A stretch of DNA of 64,000 nt from Antechinus flavipes (taxonomy: Eukaryota). Under the pieces are notes generated by a model. That model was given only the letters and a program-made list of their open reading frames with translations, was not told the origin of the DNA and ran no database searches. Shown one piece after another: positions 11,801 to 52,019 of this stretch. The first letter of the stretch is position 1; each line of letters opens with the position of its first letter. The translations under genes and the position numbers were made by a program. The stretch covers positions 611,816,001 through 611,880,000 of the forward strand of contig NC_067400.1 in the NCBI RefSeq assembly GCF_016432865.1, read 5' to 3'.

Positions 11801-14800
11801 CCTCATCTCCCATCACTGCCAGTTCTCCTTTACTTGTCTCACATAACAAGGCGGCGTTCCTCTTCACGGAAGCTCACCCCTTGCCATGCAGAAGCAATTC
11901 CATTACAACTCATCATCTCTAGCATTCAGTCCCACTTCTATCATCCCTACTTTCTTACTTGGTTTCAGCTTTTTTTTTGTTCTCTGGCTAATTCCTTACA
12001 AACATGCTTAGATTTCCATCATCCTCAAAAAACCCTCACTTGATTTTTACATTCCCATTATTTTCCCATACCTTTCTTCCCAAAACACCAACTCAGAAGA
12101 AGACAAAAGTGTCTATGGGTAAAACCTCAAAGGGGGATATGCAAGAATATGCAATTCTGCTAAGAGGGAGTACTGAGGCCACCTCGACCCTTGTGCACAA
12201 TAAGTTTTCTGCCCCGTTGCAGAAATGCCCTTGTTAAGCAAGGAGCAATGATTTATGATCATGGGAACGAGTGTAAGCCGAGAATCACAGCCAGTGGGGG
12301 CTAAATTTGAGAAGATAGCTATAATAAATGCCTTCATTTGGGGAATGGAACTAAGATGACTAAGAGAAGCCAGGAAGTTGCCTGGGATCTCCCCAGTTTC
12401 CCTCAGAAACAACCTTAAATCAAGCCTCTGAACAGAGATTGTAGAGTCATAGAACAGACACGGAATGAAACGATTTTCCAGCTTAAGATAGCTTGGAAGA
12501 CAATGAGGTGATTCAGGCCAATTCCAATAGATTTGTGATGGAGAGAGCCACCTGCATCCAAAAAGAACACTGGAGATTAAATGTGGATCACAACATAGTA
12601 TTTGCACCTTTTTAGTTGTTGTTTGTTTGCTTTTTTTTTTCTTTCTCATTTTGCTTTCCTTTTTGATCTGATTTTTCTTGTACAATGTGATAAATGTGGA
12701 AATATGTTTAGAAGAATTGTAAACCTCTAATCTTTATTGGATTACTTGCTGCCTAGGGTAGAGAGGTGAGGGAAAGGGAAGAAGAAAAATCTGAAACACA
12801 AGGTTTTGTAAGGGTGAATGTTGAAAACTATCTTTGGGAAAAAAAAAAAAGAAAACTATCTTTGCATGTATTTTGAAAATAAAAACTTATTATTAAAATG
12901 TTTTTTAAAAAGATAGTTGGAAAGACTTCAGCAAAGGTCAATGTCACTTGGGTAAAAGGAGAGTGCAGTCTAGGACAGAAAGTGTCCAGAGGGATGGTCT
13001 TAGCCACAGCACACTGATCAGCAACTGAGATCCCTCAATCCTGGCTCAAAAGGAGAAAGCATAACAGCAGTGGTGGAACTTCCAATCCTAGGGCAGAAAG
13101 TAAATTGCCAGCCCTGGAAACCAAGTAACAATGGGCATCACTAGGTCAGGCTACACCAGTGCAGTGTCACCCAATTCTGGAGGCCCCAGCTCTCAGAGCT
13201 AGTGACTCTACATAAGAAGCTTAGGACAGAATGTACTGTGCCCCAAGAGCAGAGGTCAACCTTAAAAGCCATGAAATAGCATCCTCCCCCCCCCAAATGA
13301 AACTAAAAAGAAGCTTGGCCATAGAAAACTACTATAGTGACAGGGAAGATCAAAACACCAACTCAGAAGAAGAAAAAAGTGTTTGTGGGTAAAACCTCAA
13401 AGCGGGATATACAAAAATATGGGATTCTGCTGAGAGGGAGTATGGAAGTCACCTCGACCCTTGTGCACATTAGTTTCTGCAGAAATGCCCTTGCTGAGCA
13501 AGGAGCAATGATTTGTTATCATGGGAACGAGTGTAAACCGAGGGTCACAGCCAGCGGCTACACGAGCAAGGATGCCTGAACAGGGCCTCTCCCCTCGTAG
13601 CGAGCTGCTGCATTGCTGGATCCACTCTCCTGCCATTGGCAGATACCATGCGTACACAATGCCCACGAGCTGCTTCTCTGAATGGTGATTGGGGATTGCC
13701 TACTGTCCATGCACTGATCACGCTTACAAAAACGTTTATCCACAAGGCTGTACGGCATAATAAACTGGAGCTCTTTTCATATTCTTTAAGTCTCCGGCCC
13801 CATCCATCTCGCCAGAGATCAAAGAGTTCATATGCCATGAGCTCCTAAAAGCCGGCCACAACAGGGATATGAATTGGTCTCAAGCATAAAAAGGATTCTA
13901 AAAGTCAAATGAAAGGTAGAAGAAAAAATTGGAAAAGAAAAGAGAGATGTGCAAGACAAAGTTAACAGCTTGGAAAAGGAAGGACAAAAACTGCCTGAAG
14001 AAAATGATTCAAATATCAAGGAACTACAATCAGGAGTACTCAGGATTTAGTAGACCCTACATTAAAGGGTCAGAGGATCTGGAATATAATACTTTGCAAA
14101 GCAAAAAAATCTGTATTACAATCAAGAAATCATCTTTCAGGGGAAAAGATGGACATTCAATAAAATAGGGAACTTTCAATAATTTCTGATGAAAAGACCA
14201 GAACTAAATAAAAAATTTGATCTTCAAATAATAAGATTCAAGAGAAGCACAAAAAGGTAAACATGAAAGAAAAAAACAAACATGTCATTTAAAGGTTAAA
14301 CTGTTTATATCCCTACGTGGGAAAATGATGTTTGTAACTCTTGAGAACTGTATCTTTTATTATAAGGCAATTATTTGCAGGAGCACACATAGACAGTATG
14401 GGAGTAGAAATTGACTCTGATGTGATGATATCAAAGAAAAAGACATTAAGGGGTAGAAAAAGAATTGTATCAGGAGAGGAAAGGCAACGTAGGGATAAAT
14501 TAAATCACAAGAAGAGGCACAAAAGATCTATTACAATAGAGGGAAAGAAGGGAGGAGGATGGGCATTGCCTGAAGCTTCATCTCAACACTTTTGCCTCAA
14601 AGAGGAAATAACATATTCACACAGTTGGAGATAGAAATTTATCTTAAGTAGGAGGAGAAAGGGGAAAGAAGGAAGGGCAGAAAAAGTAGGGGAAAGGAAT
14701 AAGTGAAGAAAAGAGAGGTGATAGAGAGCAGGTAGCTCAGAAACAAAACACTACTAAGAAGGAACAAGATAGAAAGAGGAAAAAAGTATATACAGGGGAG

Positions 14801-17723
14801 AAAACAGGATGGAGGGAAATACACAGATGGGAATCACAACTGTGAATGTGAATAGTATGAATTCTCCCATAAAATGAAAGTGGATTAAAAACCAGAATCC
14901 TACACTATGTCATCTACAAGAAACACATTTGAAACAGAGATATACATACAGAGTAGGGATAAAAGTCTGGAACAGAATTTATTAAACTTCAGCAGAATGA
15001 AAAAAAAAAGCAGGGGTAGCAAATCTGATCTCAGATAAAACAAGAATAAAAATAAATCTAATTGAAAGAGATAAGGAAGGAAACTACATCTTGATAAAGG
15101 GTACTGCAGACAATGCAGTGGTACTGATATGAAATGTACGTGCACTAACTGCTACAGCATTTAAATTCTTAAAGAAGATGTAAAACCAGTTACAGGAAGA
15201 AACAGACAGCAAAACTATATTAGTGGGGGCTCTCAACCTCCATCTCTCAGAATTAGATAAATCTAACCACAAAATAAACAAGAAAGATAATAGGGAAATT
15301 ACTAGAAACTGAATAGGGATAGAAAGGAATACACCTTTTCCTCAACAGTTCATGGCAACTATACAAAAACTGACCATATATCAGGGCATTAAAAACCTCA
15401 CAATCAAATGAAGAGAGGCAAAAAGATTTTCAGATCACAAAGCAATAAAATTTACATTCAAAAATGAGCCAAGAAAAGACAGACTAAAAACCAATTGGAA
15501 ATTGAATAATTCTAAAGAATGGGTGGGTCAGACAACAAATCATAGGAACAATAGATTATTTCATCTCAGAGAATGACACTAATAAGACAACACACCAAAA
15601 CCTATGGGATGCAGCCAAAGGACAATTTTTATATCTCTAAATAGTTACATGAATAAAGTCGAGAAAGAGGCAATCAATGAAATTGGGCATATAATTTCAA
15701 AATTAGAAAAAGAATAAATTAAGTACCAAATGAGAAATTCTGAAAACCAAAGTAAAGAGCAATAAAATTGAAAGAAAGAAAACTACTGAACTAATTAATA
15801 AAACTAAAAGCTGGTTTTATGAAATAACCAACAAAATAGATAAACCTTTGGCTAATTTAAATAGAAAATGTTAAGGAAAACTATTGGCATAATTAATAAC
15901 ATCAATAATAAAACTGAAATCATATGATAATTTCAATAGATACAGAAAAAGTTTTTGTCAAAATAAAGCACCCATTCCTATTAAAAACACTAGATAGCAT
16001 AGGAATAAATGGAATATTCCTTACAATGATAAGAAGCATCTATCTAAAACTATCAGCAAGCATTATTGTATTGGGGAGTAACTACATGCATTCCCAGTAA
16101 GATCAGGGGTGAAACAAGGATGTCCATTATCACCACTATTATTCAATATTGTACTAGAAATTTCGGCTTTAATAAAAAGAAAAGAAAAAGAAATTAAGGG
16201 AAATACAATAGGCAATGAGGGGATAAAATCATCACTCTTTGCAGATGATATGATGGTATACACTTAAGGGAATCACCCAAAAATCTATTTGAAACAATTA
16301 ACAGTTTTAGTAAAGTTGCAGCCTATAAAATAAATCCACACAAATCATCAACATTTCTCTATGTTACTAAAGAAGTCCAGCAGTAATAGAGAAATTCCAT
16401 TTAAAATAACTGTAGTCAAAATAAAATATCTGGATGTCTACTTGGCAAGACAAATTCAGGAATTGTATGAACACAATTACAAGATGCTTTTCACAGAAAC
16501 AAAGTCAGATCTAAATAAATAGAAAAATATCAACTGTTCATGGGTAGGCCAAGCTTATATAATAAAAATAACAATTCTCCCTAAAATAGTCAATTTGTTC
16601 AGTGCCATACAAATCAAACTGCCAAAAAATTTATTTATAGAACTAGAAAAGATAACAAAATTCATCTGGAAAAACAAAAGGTCAAGAATATCAAGGGAAT
16701 TAATGAAAAAAAAAAATACAAAGGATGGTGGCCCAGCAGGGCCAGGTACCAGACCTAAAACAAGTCATCAAAACCATATGGTACTGGCTAAGAAATAGAG
16801 TGGTGATCAGTGGAATAGGTTAGACACACACGATACAATAATCAATGACTATGGTAATCTAGTGTTTGATAAACTCCAAAACTCTAGCTTCTGGAATAAG
16901 AACTCACTATTTCACAAAAAATGCTGGGAAAACTGGAAAATAATGTCAGAAACTTGTCAGACTTCCCTTCTCCCGCAAAGAATTGCAATGGTTCCCTATG
17001 AGGGATCTAATGCAAAATGCTATTTACCATTCATAGTTCTTCATAACCCGCCACCTCCTACCCTTTCCGTCTCCCTGATCTGTGCCACTGCTCTCCTGGT
17101 TAATTCATAAACAAGACCCTGTCTTTCTTGGCTCTGGCCATCTCTCCGGCCCTATGCCTGGATCACTCTCCCTCCTCCGCTCTTAAACCACTGATCTCCA
17201 GTCCCAATTAAAATCCCACCTTCTACAAGAAGCCCTTCCCACCCCCATCCCCCACTTTATTTTAGTGCCTTCACTTCAATAGGAAATAATATTTCCTATT
17301 GAACCTATCTGTGCTTGTCTCTCCACCTAGACTGGAAACTCCTTGAGGGCAGGCTACCTTCTGCTTTCTGAATCCCCAGCACTAACCACAGCAGATTGAC
17401 TTCTGTCCCTCAGATTCATCTCATCCTGTACCCCACCACTACTCCCCTCCAGATTACAGTCATCAAGCCCCGCCCGCTCCCCAACCCTCATCTTTCCCGG
17501 GCCCCGCCCTCCATCTCCCCTTCCCCACACCCCACCCCCTCCCCAGCCTAGATCTTTTCTCTCCGCAGGCCCCGCCCCCCTTCCCCCTCGTCTACTCCTG
17601 AGCCCGCACCTTGAACTCAGCCAAAGTGAGGCCCCGGTTGTACCGCTTCTCCGAGCGGAAGCTGTTGAGGGAGCTGCTGATAAACACGGTGACCGTGGGC
17701 GCCGATACCCCGGCCACATTCAT
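8888..17723 (-). CDS. TBCB: Tubulin-folding cofactor B (Ubl + CAP-Gly), 6 exons, 246 aa
   Basis: Exons 17723-17610, 10044-9901, 9720-9624, 9519-9328, 9165-9093, 9008-8888 (741 nt, all GT-AG, phases close). Protein [28 protein letters not shown]...[19 protein letters not shown]...CAP-Gly [21 protein letters not shown]...DYGLDDDEM*. Confidence 0.97.
10900..12070 (+). mobile_element. Ancient L2 LINE fragments
   Basis: L2 ORF2-like text (ctctctccaaagtcatcagtgacttctttactgcaaatc...cttgacctctct); the matching L2 3' end resumes at about 17040-17395 after the L1 block. Confidence 0.6.
12502..12910 (+). mobile_element. Nested 5'-truncated L1 3' end inside the L1 5'UTR
   Basis: L1 3'UTR text with A tail, flanked by a degenerate TSD aagatagcttggaagac (12485-12501) / aagatagttggaaagac (12910-12926). 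Confidence 0.75.
13384..13862 (+). mobile_element. Probable solo ERV LTR inserted in L1 ORF1
   Basis: Starts TGTGGG and ends CCGGCCACAACA; AATAAA at 13759-13764; CpG-rich compared with flanks. L1 ORF1 text stops at 13383 and resumes at 13863. No clean TSD seen. Confidence 0.65.
17040..17395 (+). mobile_element. L2 3' end
   Basis: cctatgcctggatcactctccctcct...aaatcccaccttctacaagaagccc...ctagactggaaactccttgagggcagg...atccccagcactaaccacag. Confidence 0.65.
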
Positions 17724-17729
17724 GTTTGC

Positions 17730-18825
17730 GGAGGGCTTCCGGCCGCGGGCGCTCCTTCCCGGCCGCCGCCTCCTCGCTCCCCTCAGGCCCGGCCGCCCGA
17801 AACCGCCGTCGTTGTCGCCGCCGCCAATGCTACAGCCGCGGCCACCGCTTCTGGAACTTTAGCCCCGCCCCCTGCACCCTCCGCCAGCCAATCGCCACCT
17901 TGAACTCCTTAACTCAGACCAATTGGCACTTGACTCTGTCCTCGAATGACCACCTCCTCTCCAGAGTGTCCCTCCTTCCGCAGATGGTGAAGCTCATCCG
18001 GGTCTTCTGTCGAGGCTCAGCCTATCGCTTGTCGTTTTGCTGTAGCTGCGGAACCCTGAAGCCCAATAAGAACACGCTATTCTGTGAGGACCACGGCGGG
18101 CTGAAGTCGGCGAGAGGGACTGGCACTAGCCTGCTCCGAGCCCCAGGAAGCATGCGCGGGCGCCTGCCTGCTCCACTCTGGCGGAGGTGAGGTGGGGGTG
18201 ATGGAACTTCCAGCGGAGAACGGTTCGCTTTCCATTCATCCTCCAGTCAGGGAGGAGTCGGGGTGGTCTCCTTGTGTTGGTCCACGCCCCGAGGGGAGGG
18301 GCGGGCAGCACCCACCAGCTGTCCAGATTTAGGGCAATTGGCCAGACCCACCCCCTGTCCTCTCCGGGTCCATCTGGAGGCCTCAGTTTTCGCGTTTGTG
18401 AGATGAGATGGCTGAAGGTGACTTAAGCGGTCACTTTCTCTGGTTCATGGCTCCCAATAGACAGGGTTAGCCTGATCCCACGCCAGAACACGAGTTTCCC
18501 ATTAAGGGAGACAAACAGGGGAACCCATCCATATATTTGGGGCCCCATGGAGGTACTACTTCCTACTCCGCGATACCGTGCTATGGGTGATCACGGTGTC
18601 AAGGGGATACTGAGAGAACCTATGAGTCCTCAGTTTCCCCATCTGTAAAATAGAGGCGGGACAAGATCTGAGACGCTCGAAACTGACGTTTTTCCGCAAT
18701 CTCTCGTGAGCACTGGGGCCCCGCCCTCAAAGCGGTGAAAGGCGGAGCTTCTCTTTGGACCTTCGCGCGACCCGTAGCTGCGCCCGCGCACTGAGGATCA
18801 GGGAATCTGACGGTTTGCCTTCGCC
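17730..18825. promoter_or_regulatory. Divergent TBCB/POLR2I promoter region (CpG island)
   Basis: Head-to-head ATGs 1103 bp apart; CCAAT at 17824, 17888 and 17919 (CCAATTGG palindrome); GC boxes; CpG-rich. Confidence 0.75.
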
Positions 18826-20105
<1,280 letters not shown>

Positions 20106-20143
20106 CCCAGGCTCGCGCCGCCTTCTCCTGCACGCAGTTTCCT

Positions 20144-20160
20144 AATAAAAGCATTTTATT
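20144..20160. terminator. Back-to-back poly(A) signals of POLR2I (+, 20144-20149) and OVOL3 (-, 20155-20160)
   Basis: AATAAAAGCATTTTATT lies 39 nt after the POLR2I stop and about 70 nt after the OVOL3 stop. Confidence 0.85.
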
Positions 20161-20227
20161 TTTGGCTTTTTGGCATCCGGGCTGCTCTGTGGGGGGAGGG
20201 GGTGTGCTGCTTGGGGGCGGGGCCTCC

Positions 20228-21438
<1,211 letters not shown>

Positions 21439-22709
21439 CTACCCACCTGTTTCTAGGAGCGGGTGGATGAGGTAGGGGGGGATGGGGCCTAGACCTCCTC
21501 ATCCTCTCCATGCAAATCTGGGAAGGGCCTCAGCCAACGGCCCTGCCTGGGCTCCAGTTACCTCGGCCCCCTCCCTCCCGCCTCAAGGGCCTATTTGCGA
21601 TTCTCTGGACAAACAGTCTAATCTATGACAGGCGGAGTCTAGGCCCTCGAGGGAGGGCCATTTCCCAGAGGCCTCTGCAAGAGAGCCCCGAGCTGTAGGT
21701 GGAGGAGTTAGGTGGGGAAGGCTGACCCCATTGGAGGGTCACACTGCCCACTCCCTAAATTGACAATGGCTCAGGGTGGGGCAGGGAGGGGGTGAGGGTG
21801 TTTGACAGTCAAATCAGGCCCCCTGCAGGGCATCCAACGGCCCCTTGAGGAAGCTGTCTCTGGAGAGAGGTTATTCAAATCACTGCAGCTGCCTCCAGGT
21901 CCGGGTTGGGGGGGGGGGGGGGGCAGTGAAGGGCACTGATTTTCCAGCCCCAGGTGACGGGATTTGACTTTTGGAGAAAACCCCTATAATCACTTGCGGG
22001 GTGTGAGGCTTGGGAGCTCCATCAGCCTCCCAGGGCGAGCTCCTTTCTCAGAAACAAGCCACAAGGAAAAAAGCCCATGACTCCCTTCCAGGTGGTTTGG
22101 AGGAGCCGGAGTTGGAAAGTTGGGCATGGGCTACCCCTCTCCTACAGGTGGGGAAACTGAGGCTCCAGTTGGCCTCATGGCTTCCCCAGGGTCCTGACGG
22201 CAGGTTTAGCCGCCGAGGAGTCGTTGGAACCCACATCTTCCTGCCCACACCTAAAGGGACACAGCTAGAAAGCTCTCCTGGGAAAAGGACCAAACAAGCC
22301 GACAGAGCAGACAGTGTCTGCACGGAGCAGCCGACAGCGCGGCCTGCTCCCGCTCCGGGGTCTCCCACCTAGGGCAGGGGGATGTTGGCCAAGGCGAACC
22401 ACACTCACAGGAGGATGAAGAGAGAAGACATGAGACATACGGCCACAGGACACAGCCAAGCGGGCGCTTGGGCCCGAGGAGAACTGGAACCGACGGATGG
22501 TTATACAGGGGACTTCCTAGCCAGCTGGGCTGCTCCACAGTGGGATGGACCGCCTTGCTGAGGGCGAGCACTCCCCACCCCCGAGCAATCAAGAAAAGGT
22601 TGGATGCAGTCTCACTACTGGGCCCGTATCCCAGAGATCGTGAAGGAGGGAAGAGGACCCACGTGTGCACAAATGTTTGTGGCGGCAAGAACTGGGAACT
22701 GAGTGGCTG

Positions 22710-23410
22710 CCCATCAGTTGGGGAATGGCTGAATCAATTGTGATATATGATTATTATGAAATATTACTGTTCTGTAAGAAACAACCAGCAGGATGGTTTC
22801 AGAGAAGCCTGGAGAGTCTTACATGAACTGATGCTGAGTGAAGTGAGCAGAACCAGGAGATCATTGTACACGGCAACAAGATTATGTGATGATCAACTGT
22901 GATGGATGTGGCTCTTCTCAGCAACACAGTAATCCAAGACAATTCCAATAGACTTGGGAAGAAAAATGCCATCCGCATCCATAGGAAGAACTAGCGAGAC
23001 TAAATGTGGATCGAAGCATACCGTTTTCATTTTTTTCTTTGTGTTTTTTCCCTTTTGTTCTGATTTTTCTCTCAACACAAATAATATGAAAATATGTTGA
23101 AAATTACTGTACATGTATAACCTAGATCAGATTGCTTGCTCTTTTGAGGAGTTCAAAAGGGAAGAGGAGGAGAAAAAAATCTGAAACTCAGAATCTTCAA
23201 GTGAATGTTGAAAACTGTATATGTAATTAGAAAAAATAAGAATATGGAAAATACATTTAAAATTAGTGTATATGTATAATCAGATTACTTGCTGTTTGGG
23301 GGAGAGGAAAGGGAAGAGCAGCAGAAAAAAATTTGGAACTCAGAATCTTCAAGTGAATGTTGAAAACTATATATGTAATTAGAAAAAATAAAGTATTAGT
23401 GGAGAAAAAA
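22710..23410 (+). mobile_element. L1 3' end with an internal tandem duplication of its terminal ~150 bp
   Basis: L1 3'UTR text; aactcagaatcttcaagtgaatgttgaaaact...atatgtaattagaaaaaataa occurs at about 23185-23240 and again at about 23337-23390. Confidence 0.8.
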
Positions 23411-23617
23411 AACCTGCATCTTAGAGAAGATTCATGGGCAGGCACTAGGGCCAGAAGGGAAAAGTTGGAGTAATGGGCGACCTCTGTTAAAGCATTTTGT
23501 TAAAGCTGAGAAGAGAAGGGCCTGGTGGAAAGATCACCCTGCCCAAAGGAGCTGCCCTAAGATGAGAGGGACTAGGGGCTGGGGATGAGGCACCAGGAGC
23601 CACTCACATCAAAGTTG

Positions 23618-23623
23618 TTTATT
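23618..23623 (-). terminator. WDR62: WDR62 poly(A) signal AATAAA
   Basis: tttatt on the plus strand, 112 nt past the stop at 23735. Confidence 0.7.
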
Positions 23624-23734
23624 TTCCAAAAAATAGACATTTTCTTAAAAGCAGCAGAGCAGAGAAGGAAGAGGTTGTCATGTCAGTGTTATGGCTCTTG
23701 ACCCCCCGAAGGGGTAGTAGTGCTAAGAGGCGGC

Positions 23735-50969
<27,235 letters not shown>

Positions 50970-51240
50970 CTCGGCTCCCGGCGCCCTCCCGACGGTCCCG
51001 GCGTCGATCGGAACGAGCGGAGAGACCGTTAGCCGTCGCAACGGCCGCTCGCTCCGAACCGCCGCGGGAAAAGCCGGCGCTCCCGGGCGATTGGCTGGGT
51101 TTCGCTCCAAGGCCGGCCAATGGCTGAGTGGCCGGTCCCGCGGCCAGCCAATCAGAGGCCAGGGGAGGACCTGGGTGTATCGCGTCACTGGAGGGTGGTG
51201 GCGGAGAGGGGAAAGCCGAGCTAGCCCAAATAACGAGGAA
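50970..51240 (-). promoter_or_regulatory. WDR62: WDR62 promoter: three CCAAT boxes plus an E2F site
   Basis: ATTGG 51090-51094, CCAAT 51117-51121 and 51148-51152 (27-31 bp apart); TTTCCCGC (E2F consensus, minus strand) at 51064-51071; CpG island. This layout is typical of cell-cycle genes. Confidence 0.7.
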
Positions 51241-51309
51241 GGGGTTTCACGCTCCTCCACGGCCTCCTCTACTTTTTTTTTAAATTTTATTTGAAAATTT
51301 ATGAGTGTG

Positions 51310-51721
51310 CAACAACGATACTGTTTGGGGATGTATTCTGATGGAAGTGGACCTCTTCGAGAAAGAGAGCCTTAATTGATCAAAGATGGACAGAAGCAGC
51401 TACACCCAGAGAAAGAACACTGGGAAATGAATATAAACTGCTTACATTTTTGTTTTTCTTCCCGGGTTATTTCTACCTTCTGAATCCAATTCTCCCTGTG
51501 CAACAAGAGAACTGTGCGGTTCTGCACACATATATTGTATCTAGGATATACTGCAACCCATTCAACATGTAAAGGACTCTTGTCATCTGGGGGAAGGGGT
51601 GGAGGGAGGGAGGGGAAAAATCGGAACAGAAGTGAATGCAAGGGATAATGCTGTAAAAAATTACCCTGGCATGCGTTCTATCAATAAAAAGTTATTAATT
51701 AAATAAATAAATAAATAAAAA
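51310..51721 (+). mobile_element. Young 5'-truncated L1 insertion with a perfect 17-bp TSD
   Basis: L1 3'UTR (ctgtgcaacaagagaactgtgcggttctgcacacatatattgtatctagg...aataaaaagttatt) and (TAAA)n tail; TSD gaaaatttatgagtgtg at 51293-51309 and 51722-51738. Confidence 0.9.
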
Positions 51722-52019
51722 GAAAATTTATGAGTGTGTTTTTATGTTACAAACATTCACAGATTACCCCGACTCCACGAGAGGTCTTTTATAACAAAAT
51801 AAAACAAGTGAAACTAACAACATAGGGATCTCTTCTGCAGTCCCCCCCCACCCCCACCTGTCTTTTTTGTTATTTAAAGTGAAGAGAAATCCATTTTCTC
51901 TCCCTCCCACTCTCAGCTCACTGGAAACCAGAGAAATATGTCTCCCTCTACACCCTAAATGTATCATCTCTGTGATATGTTTCATCATTCATCCTCTGAA
52001 CCATCTTAAATCAATCAAT

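Larger units (their letters stand above)
12340..16940 (+). mobile_element. Degenerate, internally deleted L1 (5'UTR-ORF1-ORF2) in TBCB intron 1, antisense to TBCB
   Basis: L1 5'UTR at about 12340-13300; ORF1 remnants 13320-14280; endonuclease motifs [10 protein letters not shown] (about 14845) and LQETHLK (about 14915); RT motifs [15 protein letters not shown] (about 16116-16160) and FADDM (16238-16252). Many stops and frameshifts. Confidence 0.9.

Noticed and set aside
12340-16940. Active or intact L1
   Set aside because: ORF1 and ORF2 have many stops, frameshifts, large deletions and nested insertions.
50970-51260. N-terminal extension of WDR62 (ORF 50364-51260)
   Set aside because: The extension runs through the CCAAT boxes and promoter; the ATG at 50969 has a good Kozak context and matches the orthologous MAA start.
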